DNA from: an uncultured Planctomycetota bacterium
GTDB lineage: Bacteria; Planctomycetota; Planctomycetia; Isosphaerales; Isosphaeraceae
Length of the DNA stretch: 64,000 nt
Direction: 5' to 3'
Assembly (NCBI GenBank): GCA_963823665.1
Contig: CAWGMQ010000008.1
Span: 224,001-288,000, forward strand
Position 1 is the stretch's first letter. The number at the start of each line of letters is the position of its first letter. Position numbers and translations under genes: made by a program. Positions 1 to 13,542 of the stretch are shown in pieces. Under the pieces are notes generated by a model that saw only the letters and a list, made by a program, of their open reading frames with translations, did no database searches and had not been told where the DNA came from.

Positions 1-1
1 A

Positions 2-766
2 GGCTGCGCGTTCGCGTTTGCCTCGCGCAACGCCGTTTTCGCCGCGTTGCTCGCGGTAGACGGCATGACAGGCCCGGCCCCGCTCTTCGAAGGCGAGATG
101 GGGTTCTTCCAGCAGGTCTCCGGCCCGTTTACGTTGTCGAGCCTCGGTGGCCCGTCGGACGGCGACTGGATGCTTCCGAAGACCTCGATCAAGTTCGTCC
201 CCGCGGAGTACCACAGCCAGTCGGCCATCGCCGCGGCGTTCGACCTGCGCCGTCAGATCGGCGACCCGAAGCGCATCCGCGAACTGGAGATCGCCACGTT
301 TCGCACCGCCGTGGAGATCATCGGCAAGGACCCGGAAAAATGGCGCCCTCAAACCAGGGAAACAGCCGACCATAGCCTGCCGTATTGCACGGCCGTGGCG
401 CTCCTGGACGGCCAGGTATCCGCCCGCCAGTTCACCCCCCAGCGGATGAGCGACCCCGCTCTGCTCGACCTGGTCGCGCGCACTCGCGTGATCGAAGACC
501 CGAAGCTCACCAAGGGCTACCCCGAGGGCATTCCTAACCGCGTGACGGTAACGCTCGACGACGGCAGCCAGCTCGTCGCCGAGGTCAAGTACCCACCCGG
601 CCACGACCGCAACCCCCTCTCGGACGACCAGCTCGCCGTGAAATTCCACGAGCTGGCCGATCCCGTCCTCGGTAGCGACAGAGCCGCCGAGATCGTCACG
701 CGCGTCTCCAAGCTCGAGCACGACAAAGCCCCGCACCAGACGCTCGAGCTCACAGCGAAGGGTTAG
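2..766 (+). CDS. prpD: MmgE/PrpD family protein (2-methylcitrate dehydratase-like), 5' partial
   Basis: Open frame from the window edge (GCAFAFASRNAVFAALLA); PrpD motifs K..PAEYHSQSAI, RETADHSLPY and YPPGH.RNP. Confidence 0.85.
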   Translation, partial: GCAFAFASRNAVFAALLAVDGMTGPAPLFEGEMGFFQQVSGPFTLSSLGGPSDGDWMLPKTSIKFVPAEYHSQSAIAAAFDLRRQIGDPKRIRELEIATFRTAVEIIGKDPEKWRPQTRETADHSLPYCTAVALLDGQVSARQFTPQRMSDPALLDLVARTRVIEDPKLTKGYPEGIPNRVTVTLDDGSQLVAEVKYPPGHDRNPLSDDQLAVKFHELADPVLGSDRAAEIVTRVSKLEHDKAPHQTLELTAKG

Positions 767-767
767 C

Positions 768-1074
768 CCCCTCGTTGCGACGCTCCGCGTCGGAACGCGC
801 ATCTTCGACGCTCCGCGTCTCACCCAAGTCCGACCGCAGCGGCCCGCCCCTCGTTGCGACGCTCCGCGTCGGAACGCGCATCTTCGACGCTCCGCGTCTC
901 ACCCAAATCCGACCGCAGCGGCCCGCCCCTCGTTGCGACGCTCCGCGTCGGAACGCGCGTCTTCGACGCTCCGCGTCCCAACCATCTCCGACCGCAGCGG
1001 CCCGCCCCTCGTTGCGACGCTCCGCGTCGGAACGCGCGTCTTCGACGCTCCGCGTCCCAACCATCTCCGACCGC
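768..1074. repeat. Tandem array of ~3.9 x 79-bp palindromic REP-like units
   Basis: Units start at 768, 847, 926 and 1005 (cccctcgttgcgacgctccgcgtcggaacgcg...gacgctccgcgtc); lies between convergent genes; a related single copy is at ~4240-4290. Confidence 0.92.
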
Positions 1075-1087
1075 CTCACTCCTCAAT

Positions 1088-2428
1088 TCACCGCTTCCGG
1101 ACTCCGTCTTTCTGCCCCGAAGCCTGCTGCCGCTCCCCACCCCTCGAACCGGTCTTGTTGCCCTCGAGCACTTCCGCTCGCACCATCTGTGCCATCCGCT
1201 CGTACCCCTGCGGCGTGAAGTGGCACTCATCGCTGAAGAGATCAGTTGAAAGCCGCGCGAAGTAGTGCTGGGCGTCAATCACCGGCACGCTGTGCTCGCG
1301 CCCCCAGGCGCAGAGCGCTTCGTTGTATCTCGGCACCGATCCCCGCCAGGTCGAGTTCTTGCTCAGCGCGTCCGGCGCGAGCTTGTGCGGCCGCGTCAAG
1401 AACGTGATCGCGATCCCCCGGCGGTCGGCCTCGGTTCGGAACCTGTCCATATTGGCGAGGTAGTCTTCGACGCTCACCCTTGGCGAAACCCGCCCGGGCG
1501 TCGCCACCGGCGGCTCTGTCCGCAACTTTTGCGTGTAATACATCAGCACAAGATAAGCTCGATAGCGCACCAGTGCCCGCTGGGCCATTACCATGGGCCA
1601 GGGCGGAATCTTGAACGTCTTGTCGGGCTGCCCGATTGCCTCGGCAGCGTCGTTCCAGCCGAATGATACCAGCACGAGGTCGGGCTTGTACTGGTCGACC
1701 TCTTGCAGAAATCGCAGCACGCCCTGGTGCGACGAATACCCCGCCACACCTGCGTTGATCACCTCGAATCGGCGGCCTTGAGCACGGCCTTGCTCCTCAA
1801 GCAGCCGGTTCAGCCACGATGGCCAGCCGCCCCTTGGGGGCCCATCCGTCAAGGAATCCCCGTAGCACATCACACGATAAAGATCGGCTGGCTTGGGAAT
1901 AGCCGCGAGTGGCCCCTTGAATCGCTGGGCATTAAAAGGGCTGTGCGTCATCGGCCGCCAGAGCAGCACAGGGTCCGGCTCGCGGTTCTCGTCGCCGGTG
2001 ATCGTCGCCATTCGCCAGTCGTCATGCCCCGCGCGCCAGACGGTCTGAATTGCTTGATGATATTTGAGCACATGCAAATCCGTCAGCAACCGGCAGCCTC
2101 GCTCGGTAAGCGCCGCGGGAAAGAGCGCCAGCCCCACGGTGACAATCACCAGCTTGGCCGCCTTGGTCCGCGCCAGCTTCAGCAACTTCAGCTCGAGCGC
2201 CGCGGGCATGAACCACGCCCCGAGATCGAGCGCCAGCAGAACGCCGCAAGCGATCGCGGCTTCGTGCCGCTGCCCTGCGGGGTATGCCAGCACCTGAGCC
2301 GACGCACACAGGATTCCCCAAACCGCAGCGAGGAACGCCAGATCGCGCCGGCGCTTCAGCCGCACCAGCAGCCAGGGAAAGGCCACGACCAGCACCCAGA
2401 GCACGATTTCCCAAGGCGATTGCAGCAT
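1088..2428 (-). CDS. Membrane-anchored SGNH/GDSL hydrolase-family protein (possible O-acetyltransferase partner)
   Basis: N-terminal TM helices; blocks GDSLT, NAGVAGYSS, FGWND and DECH; start at ATG 2428 (MLQSPW) preferred over the longer ORF call, which runs through repeats. Confidence 0.85.
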   Translation of the reverse strand: MLQSPWEIVLWVLVVAFPWLLVRLKRRRDLAFLAAVWGILCASAQVLAYPAGQRHEAAIACGVLLALDLGAWFMPAALELKLLKLARTKAAKLVIVTVGLALFPAALTERGCRLLTDLHVLKYHQAIQTVWRAGHDDWRMATITGDENREPDPVLLWRPMTHSPFNAQRFKGPLAAIPKPADLYRVMCYGDSLTDGPPRGGWPSWLNRLLEEQGRAQGRRFEVINAGVAGYSSHQGVLRFLQEVDQYKPDLVLVSFGWNDAAEAIGQPDKTFKIPPWPMVMAQRALVRYRAYLVLMYYTQKLRTEPPVATPGRVSPRVSVEDYLANMDRFRTEADRRGIAITFLTRPHKLAPDALSKNSTWRGSVPRYNEALCAWGREHSVPVIDAQHYFARLSTDLFSDECHFTPQGYERMAQMVRAEVLEGNKTGSRGGERQQASGQKDGVRKR

Positions 2429-2474
2429 AAAGAGTCTCCTGGGGCGCAACGCGTCGAACGCAGACGTCGAACAC

Positions 2475-2601
2475 CATACTAACCCGAAGCGCCAGCGAGG
2501 ATCCGCTCGCGCATCCGATACCAACCCGACGCGCCAGCGAGGCTGGTTCACGAACGCCGCATGTCAGTCGCCGGAACCCTGGCTGGCGCGTCGGGTTAGT
2601 G
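2475..2601. repeat. REP-like cluster: two direct and one inverted copy of AACCCGA(A/C)GCGCCAGCGAGG
   Basis: Direct copies at ~2481-2500 and ~2523-2542; inverted copy ccctggctggcgcgtcgggttagtg at 2577-2601. Confidence 0.8.
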
Positions 2602-2732
2602 CATCAGGCCCGTGCGGCAGCGCTCTCGTCCGACCGCGCGTCTCGAAATCGCCGCAAATTCTTGCGAATTGCCGCCATCTGTCAAGCCGAACGCCCCACG
2701 CCCCGGACCGTCTCGGCCCCTTCGCCCTGCGA

Positions 2733-2760
2733 TTGACAGATTCACGTCGATTGCGAAGAT
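2733..2760 (+). promoter_or_regulatory. Possible sigma70 promoter of the MBOAT gene
   Basis: TTGACA at 2733 and a weak -10 (GAAGAT) 16 nt downstream. Confidence 0.3.
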
Positions 2761-2788
2761 AGGCCCTCCTCACGGCTGAGGTCCTCGC

Positions 2789-4210
2789 ATGAGATTCAAC
2801 TCCTATGCGTTTGCTCTCTTCTTCGCGGCGTTGTTGCCGGCATACTGGCTCCTGCGCAAATGGCGGCCGGCGCAAAACGTCTTGCTCCTCGGCGCCGGCT
2901 ACTACTTCTATGCGTGCTGGAACCCCAGGTTTCTCTCGCTGCTCATCCTGTCGACGGTGGTCGACTATGCCTGCGGCCTCTGGCTGGGGCGAGTCAACAG
3001 CCCGCGGCGCCGGCGAAGCATCCTCGCACTGAGCATGGTGCTCAACCTGGGAATGCTCGGCTTCTTCAAGTATTTCAATTTCTTCGCCGAGAGCTTGCAC
3101 GCTTTGCTTTGGACTGCGGGCGTGCCCATCCCGATCAAGCACCTCGAGATCGTGCTGCCGATCGGGATCTCCTTCTACACGTTCCAGTCGATGAGCTACG
3201 TCATCGACGTCTACCGCCGCGAGATCGTACCCACCCGCAACATCGTCCAGTTCGCCGCGTTCGTCTCGTTCTTCCCGCATTTAGTCGCCGGCCCGATCAT
3301 GCGCCCCTCATCGCTGTTGCCGCAGATCGCCGCCAGAAGAAGGTTTGACCTGCACCAGTTCTACGAAGGCTCCTATCTGATCTTCTGGGGCTTGCTCAAG
3401 AAAGTCGTGATCGCCGACAACCTGGCTAGTATCGTGACCGACCTCTTCGGGCGCTGGGAGACACTCGACGGCGGCCTGGCCTTGCTGGCAGTCTACGCGT
3501 TTGCATTTCAGATCTACGGCGACTTCTCGGGCTACACGGATATCGCCCGCGGCGTGGCGAAATGCCTGGCCTTCGAGATGCCGCTCAATTTCAACCTGCC
3601 GTATTTCGCGACGAGTCCAAAAGACTTCTGGACCCGCTGGCACATCAGCCTTTCGACCTGGCTTCGCGACTACCTGTACATTCCCCTGGGCGGCGGCCGC
3701 GGCGGTCGGTTTCTGACATATCGAAACCTGATGTTCACGATGACACTCGGCGGCCTGTGGCATGGCGCCGCCTGGACATTCGTGGTGTGGGGAATCTATC
3801 ACGGCGTCTTGCTGGTGGCGCATCGCCTGTCTTCACCGTGGCTCGAGCGAGTCGTGCCGGCCGACCCGGTCGACCGCGCCTGCTGGAAAGCCCTGCGCAT
3901 CGTGGTGACGTTTCACCTCGTCTGTCTCGGCTGGATCTTCTTCCGCGCCGAGACAATGGAGCAGGCCCTTGGAATCTTGAGCGCGATCGTCACTCGCCCG
4001 GCGATACCCGTCGTGTCTTACCTTGCGCCTGTGGTGCTGCTCATTTTGCCCCTCTGGATGGTGCAGTTCGTGCAATACGCCGCCAACGATCTGAACGTGA
4101 TCGCCCGCACGCCGTGGTACGTGCGCAGCGTCTTTTACACAGCGTGTTTCTATGCGATCGTTCTGGTCGGCCAGTTCGGCGGGCGCCAATTTATTTATTT
4201 CCAGTTCTGA
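2789..4210 (+). CDS. MBOAT family O-acyltransferase (AlgI/PatA-like)
   Basis: LPIGISFYTFQSMSY, FFPHLVAGPI, FQIYGDFSGYTDIA, FWTRWHISLS, GLWHGA and C-terminal FIYFQF. Confidence 0.95.
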   Translation: MRFNSYAFALFFAALLPAYWLLRKWRPAQNVLLLGAGYYFYACWNPRFLSLLILSTVVDYACGLWLGRVNSPRRRRSILALSMVLNLGMLGFFKYFNFFAESLHALLWTAGVPIPIKHLEIVLPIGISFYTFQSMSYVIDVYRREIVPTRNIVQFAAFVSFFPHLVAGPIMRPSSLLPQIAARRRFDLHQFYEGSYLIFWGLLKKVVIADNLASIVTDLFGRWETLDGGLALLAVYAFAFQIYGDFSGYTDIARGVAKCLAFEMPLNFNLPYFATSPKDFWTRWHISLSTWLRDYLYIPLGGGRGGRFLTYRNLMFTMTLGGLWHGAAWTFVVWGIYHGVLLVAHRLSSPWLERVVPADPVDRACWKALRIVVTFHLVCLGWIFFRAETMEQALGILSAIVTRPAIPVVSYLAPVVLLILPLWMVQFVQYAANDLNVIARTPWYVRSVFYTACFYAIVLVGQFGGRQFIYFQF

Positions 4211-4719
4211 ACACAAGGATCGAAGCTCACGCAAACGACCCCCTCGTTCCGATGCTCCGCGTCGGAACGTCCCCCGTGCCGCTCCGCGGCGCGCTCAGCG
4301 CAGACATCCTCGTGTCGCCCTCCGCCCTCCGCCCTCCGCCCATCGCCCTCCGTCCTATGCTTCGGCCCCGCCGGCCGCCAGGGAGGAAATAACGCAGACT
4401 ACCGGGTTAAGCCATCGGACGGTCGAGAAGACGGAGCTGCCGTCGCGGAGCGACGCGCGTAGCAGATGCAGCCCTCCGTCATTTTGCGTCATCTGCGTCA
4501 TTCCGCACCCTCGAACGTCCGCATTGTAGCGATCGTTCCGTTGATCCGTCTTTTAATGTCGCACTCGTTTCGTTCGCGTTCTGTCCTACGCGCAAAGTCC
4601 AACGACGGAGTCCAAGTTGACTTTGCGCCGGTCTTCGTTCAGTCACAAGCCAGATCGATTCTTCTAGGCCGGCCGCGACGTTTGATCCGGCCACCCCACC
4701 CATTGTCGCCCTTCGCTCC

Positions 4720-6371
4720 GAGGCTGTGATTTTTTCGGCGTTGGGGTTGATTTTGTATAGTGTTCACGTTCTAATACCATGCATGTAGTCCGCCGCATGA
4801 GCCCCACGCAGCCCCGGTGTTGCAGGACGAGCGTCATGACACTTCCTCTCTTTAGCCCAGAAGACTTGCCCGATCAGCCCTCTCCCGCCCAGGCTGCCCA
4901 GTCGATGCCAACTGGCAAGCCGCGGCTGCGGTGTCCCGTACGCGACCAGATCGAGATGCGCTGGGCATCGCTCGATGAATTGCTCGAGGCCGACCATCCG
5001 GCCCGGGTCGTCTGGGCGGCGGTCTGCAAGCTCGATCTGAAAGCCTGGCTCGGCGAGATCAAGGCCGTCGAGCGACATGTCGGCCGAGATGCCACCGACC
5101 CGCGCTTGCTGGTCGGATTGCGGGTTTTCGCCACATTGAAGGGAGTCGGCAGCGCCCGTGAAATCGAACGGCTGTGCGAAAAGAACCAAGGGAGTCTGCC
5201 GTACCAGTGGCTGTGCGGCGGCGTAACCGTCAACCACAGCATGTTGTCCCACTTCCTCGCTTGTGGGGGCGAGAAGTTGAACGAACTGCTCACGCAGATC
5301 GTGGGCACCCTGCTCCATGCCGGGTTGGTGAAAATGGACCGGGTCGCTCAGGACGGAATGAGAGTGCGTGCCAGCGCGGGCAAGAGCTCGTTTCGTCGTC
5401 GCGGTAGCCTGGAGGAGTGCCTGAAAGCGGCGAAGGAGCAGGTTGAGGCGCTGAAGAAACTGGCCGAGGAGGACACAGCAGAGCTGACTCGACGGCAGCG
5501 AGCGGCGCGGGAGCGTGCCGCCAACAAGCGACAGCAACGGATCGAAGAAGCGATGCGGCAGTGCGAGGAGCTGCAACGCGAACGTGACGAGTCCTACGGC
5601 CGCAAGGGGCGGGAAGCGCGTGCTTCGACCACCGACCCCGACGCGAGGATCATGAAGTTTCCAGACGGAGGATTCCGGCCGGGATATAACGTTCAATTCA
5701 CAACAGACACCGAAAGCGGTGTGATTGTGGGTGTGGAGGTGACCAACGCAGGGAACGATGGCGAAGAACTTCCGCCCATGCTCGACCAGTTGGAGGAGCG
5801 TTACGAACGAATTCCGGATGAGGCATTGGTTGACGGTGGCTTCACGACCAAGGACTCGATCGATCAGGCGGCCCAACGCGGCTGCATCGTATACGGGCCG
5901 ATCAGAGACGAGAAAAAGAAACAGGCAAATGGAGAAGATCCCTACACCGCAAAGAAGGGCGACAGCGAAGCGGTTGCCGCTTGGCGGATCCGAATGGGGA
6001 CCGAGGCCGCGAAGCTGATCTACCGGCTGCGAGGCCAAACAGCCGAGTGGGTCAACGCCCAGGCTCGCAATCGAGGATTCTGGTTTATGCCCGTGCGTGG
6101 CCAACCGCGTTGCCGCGCCGTCGCATTGTTGTTTGCAATTGCTCACAACCTGGTTGTCGCAGGGAGACTGCGCCCAGCGATGGGCAAACTGGCGGAATGA
6201 GCGGTACTTTGCAAAAAAGGGACAAAATAGGAAAGCGCGTTTGCGTCAACGGCTGGGCTATTGGAGAACTGGCGTGAATCGGCGGCACTAACCGAGCGAC
6301 CAAGCGGTGAATCACAGCCGACTAGGCCCAACGGCCGAGTTACCGCAACGCGGCCAAAAGATGACAGCCTC
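4720..6371 (+). mobile_element. IS1182-family insertion sequence
   Basis: IRL GAGGCTGTGATTTTTT (4720-4735) and IRR AAAAGATGACAGCCTC (6356-6371) match 14/16; flanking direct repeat TCC (or CTCCG if the ends are 4721/6370). Confidence 0.88.
4836..6200 (+). CDS. IS1182-family DDE transposase
   Basis: DUF772-type N-terminus (LDELL..DHPAR, SAREIERLC, YQWLCGG); QDGMRVRASAG, STTDPDARIMK, GYNVQ, LVDGGF and R..TAEWVN. Confidence 0.92.
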   Translation: MTLPLFSPEDLPDQPSPAQAAQSMPTGKPRLRCPVRDQIEMRWASLDELLEADHPARVVWAAVCKLDLKAWLGEIKAVERHVGRDATDPRLLVGLRVFATLKGVGSAREIERLCEKNQGSLPYQWLCGGVTVNHSMLSHFLACGGEKLNELLTQIVGTLLHAGLVKMDRVAQDGMRVRASAGKSSFRRRGSLEECLKAAKEQVEALKKLAEEDTAELTRRQRAARERAANKRQQRIEEAMRQCEELQRERDESYGRKGREARASTTDPDARIMKFPDGGFRPGYNVQFTTDTESGVIVGVEVTNAGNDGEELPPMLDQLEERYERIPDEALVDGGFTTKDSIDQAAQRGCIVYGPIRDEKKKQANGEDPYTAKKGDSEAVAAWRIRMGTEAAKLIYRLRGQTAEWVNAQARNRGFWFMPVRGQPRCRAVALLFAIAHNLVVAGRLRPAMGKLAE

Positions 6372-7097
6372 TCCGCGAAGGGTTCTCCGTTCCCACCATT
6401 TGCCCTGCAACCCACTCTCTCCCTCTGAGCCGCGCCCATGCGCCTGTGCCGGCGAGAATCTCGTTTAAAGTGGCCTGGGAAAAGTGCCAGAACATGGTGA
6501 ACAAGACCAGCGATTTATCGTGGTGGTCTCGGTGTCGGGGCGCCACGAGGGTTTTGCGTTTCTCGAAGAGCGCCAAGTTCTGTTCCTATTCAATTACGCC
6601 CATTCAACTTGCGGAGTACGCGCTTCACCCGACGCAAACGCCGCACCCCTCGAAAAAGTGGCGGAAAGTGGCGGAGATTTGGAGTACTTCCAGCATCCGT
6701 ACACTACTGTAAATGACCCTCATCTTGATCTGATCCTGATCCTGACTCCAAAGCGCCGGCGGTGCCACGAGCCAGCTCGCGCCGGCTCCAAAATCGCGCC
6801 CACCGCGCAGCGCACTCCCTCATCTACAATATGCGACGACCTCGCGGATTCGTGGCACGGTCAACCAGGCGATTTTCAGAAAGATTCCGGGTTCCAGCGA
6901 TGAGATCGAATAACGAACAAAATTGATTCTGTATGCGCGCGCGGCGCAGGCGCCGTACGGCCGAACTCCTGTCGGCCATGCCCCGGCGATGCGCCGTCCC
7001 GACGGGGCGAAGGTAAATAGCCAGCCCCTGGAGCACCGGAGCCACGCCTCACGCTCGAATAATCGAAATCCCACGTGCATCGCCGCGCCGCCCCTCG

Positions 7098-7141
7098 TGG
7101 ACATCCCGCTACTCCATTTGAGATAATTTCTCTTCGAGAAA
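7098..7141 (+). promoter_or_regulatory. Promoter with overlapping operator-like palindrome upstream of the putative antitoxin
   Basis: TGGACA-N18-GATAAT followed by the palindrome TTTCTC-TTC-GAGAAA (7127-7141). Confidence 0.45.
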
Positions 7142-7152
7142 GGGGATTCACA

Positions 7153-7458
7153 ATGGCAATGACAACCGACGGGCTTCGAACAGCTCTGCACACCACGGCG
7201 CGCGTCCAGTCCGGAAACAAAATCGAGATCACCGCTCCCGAGTTGAAAGAGGGGCAAGACGTCGACGTCTTCCTGATCCCACGTCCTTCGGCAACCCAAC
7301 CGCGTCGCTCCGTCCTCCGATTCTTGGACTCGTTGCCCCCAGGCCCGCGGAGTGCACCCACCTGGGATGAGATCGAGCAGCAGTTCCAGGAGGAGCGGGA
7401 CGCATGGGATCGTTGTACCTCCTACCCATCGCGAGCGAGCGGCCTCGAAGCAGGTTGA
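7153..7458 (+). CDS. Small hypothetical protein, putative antitoxin
   Basis: RBS AGGGG; TARVQSGNKIEITAPELKEGQDVDVFL...FQEERDAWDR resembles small proteins usually found upstream of PIN toxins. Confidence 0.6.
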   Translation: MAMTTDGLRTALHTTARVQSGNKIEITAPELKEGQDVDVFLIPRPSATQPRRSVLRFLDSLPPGPRSAPTWDEIEQQFQEERDAWDRCTSYPSRASGLEAG

Positions 7459-7484
7459 ACCAAGTCGAGCGGATCGTGCCCTGA
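7404..7484 (+). pseudogene. Possible decayed PIN/VapC toxin remnant
   Basis: Overlapping ATG gives MGSLYLLP...VERIVP*, echoing PIN N-termini of the MGSL.LP...YSVERI.P type. Confidence 0.35.
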
Positions 7485-7502
7485 AATACAACGGGAGGTA
7501 AG

Positions 7503-7712
7503 ATGCTGACGATTCGCCTGACAAAAGCGGAATGGGCAAAAGCGTGGCGCGCGATGATCGAAATTGGCCCGGTGCGCCTCATCCGGGATGATCCCGTGTA
7601 CGAAGTCCTCCCGGCTCACTTGGAGGTCTTGACTGCTCGCGGCTTCGCCTACGAGGTGTTACCGGCGCGGTTGCCCCGGGTGGAGAAGCGGCGCCATGGC
7701 ACGGCCGATTAG
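7503..7712 (+). CDS. Small hypothetical protein
   Basis: Strong RBS GGGAGG; 69 aa; overlaps the next gene by 17 nt. Confidence 0.7.
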   Translation: MLTIRLTKAEWAKAWRAMIEIGPVRLIRDDPVYEVLPAHLEVLTARGFAYEVLPARLPRVEKRRHGTAD

Positions 7713-8031
7713 AAACATCGAAATCTACCTGCCTCTGGAATTCAACGACCGCCGCCTTATCCCGGAGTCGAATTACCTATCCATACAGCAGGAGCTGTTG
7801 AACCGTTTCGGCGGTGTAACATCGGTGCAGCGGCACTTTCCGTTGCAGGGCATCTGGAAATCCGGCACGGAAGTCTATTATGACCGGGTGGTGGTGTTCA
7901 GCGTCATGGATTTCCGGGAAGAAAAACAACTGGAGTGTTTGCGGTACCTGGAGCGGCTGAAGGGTCGCCTCAAAAAGAAACTCGACCAGCTTGAAGTCCT
8001 GATTACCGTGACGGAACTTTTGGCGATTTGA
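7696..8031 (+). CDS. Conserved-looking hypothetical protein (IEIYLPL.FND...FGGVT...G.W...YYD type)
   Basis: 111-aa ORF with alternating beta/alpha pattern; translationally coupled to 7503-7712. Confidence 0.75.
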   Translation: MARPIRNIEIYLPLEFNDRRLIPESNYLSIQQELLNRFGGVTSVQRHFPLQGIWKSGTEVYYDRVVVFSVMDFREEKQLECLRYLERLKGRLKKKLDQLEVLITVTELLAI

Positions 8032-8118
8032 AAATCGCCTGTCGCTCCCCGAATGGGCGCTCTAATTGGCAGAACGGAAATACCCAGCCTTCGACCATGC
8101 CGTCTGAAGTCGCGCATT

Positions 8119-8194
8119 TTCGGCGCGGGTCTCTGACCCCGCCGCGCGAGTGAACCATGTTCGGCGCGGGTCTCTGACCCCGCCGCGCGAGTGA
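8119..8194. repeat. Two direct 41-bp-period copies of GGCGCGGGTCTC(C)TGACCCCGCC REP-like unit
   Basis: Copies at 8119 and 8160; same core at ~24518 and ~53896. Confidence 0.85.
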
Positions 8195-8323
8195 CCGAAG
8201 GTCTCCCGGCTTCACTTCTCCGCATGGGCCGCTCATGATTTGAGGCTGAGGACATAAGATTTGGCATTTGCTGCCGACTTCATTATGCCTACTCGCTCTG
8301 CGCTTTTGCCGCGTTCGGCCGAA

Positions 8324-8347
8324 CGTCAAGCTGAAAGCCTGACCTAC
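8324..8347 (-). repeat. GTAG-type REP (family consensus GTAGGTCAGGCTTTCAGCCTGACG)
   Basis: One mismatch in this copy; other copies at 19609-19632, 26014-26036 and 51981-52000. Confidence 0.85.
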
Positions 8348-8364
8348 GAGCACATGGGCGATCC

Positions 8365-12808
<4,444 letters not shown>

Positions 12809-12812
<4 letters not shown>

Positions 12813-13420
12813 GATGATGCCTCGAGCGCTTGCTTGAGCGTGACCATGGCCCGGCCCCAGAGTTTGCGAACGGCATTGGGCGACCGGTCCATCCGCGCGG
12901 CGATCTCATCGACCGGAATCTGCTCAAGATTACGCAGAATGAAGACTTCGCGATAGTCTGCTGGCAGGCGGGCCAGCGCATCGGCCAGGAGAACCGCCTG
13001 CTCGCACCGGGCGGCGTGCGAGCTCGGCGAGGCAATCGAATCGGCCAGTTGCTCCTGAATCGCCAGGCTCGAGCGGTCCAGAAGCACGTCGAGTGATTCC
13101 TGGCGGCGATGATCGCGCCGTCGGGTTTTATGATGCTTGGCCTGGTTGGCCAGCGTCCGCACCAGGATCTGACGCAGCCAGGAGACGAGCTCCCGTTCTT
13201 CGCCACCAGCGAACTGAGCAAACTCCCGGTGCGCCTTCAAAAACGTTTCCTGCACCAGGTCGGACGCATCGAGCTGGACCTGAAGCGGCGGGCGGATCAG
13301 GGAGCGGGCGAGTAGCCGGAGATAATTGCGGTACAATTCCAGCAGCCGGCCTAGCGCCGCCTGGTCGCCGGCGCGAGCCCGAACCAGCATTAAACCCAGG
13401 ACCGCTACGGACTCCGTCAT
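12809..13420 (-). CDS. ECF sigma factor, planctomycete kinase-associated type
   Basis: [26 protein letters not shown] and [12 protein letters not shown]; 4-nt ATGA overlap with the kinase. Confidence 0.92.
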
Positions 13421-13542
13421 CGACGACCTCGGAGGATCATGCCCGCCTCGCGACGAGTTCAAATTGGTTTGAAGTCGAGTCAGGATACCAGGAATCGCGG
13501 CGCTGGGCCCGACGCGCCCGACCGCGCCCATTCCAGTCGGGC

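Noticed and set aside
768..1074. CRISPR array
   Set aside because: Units are near-identical along their whole 79 bp with no unique spacers, and no cas genes are present
750..1278. Repetitive Arg-rich ORFs
   Set aside because: These are translations of the 79-bp tandem repeat
4764..6146. 460-aa antisense ORF over the transposase, and other long shadow ORFs (13093-15606, 19969-21348, 33860-35410, 59748-61382)
   Set aside because: They lie opposite well-supported genes, have no recognisable motifs and are expected in high-GC DNA
6996..7031. Separate mobile element at gtcccgacggggcgaaggtaaatagccagcccctgg
   Set aside because: It looks like one degenerate REP-like remnant; single copy in the window, so it cannot be supported further
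6400..8350. Integron cassette array
   Set aside because: No integrase is present and I could not identify attC sites (RYYYAAC...GTTRRRY); spacers contain REP-like palindromes instead
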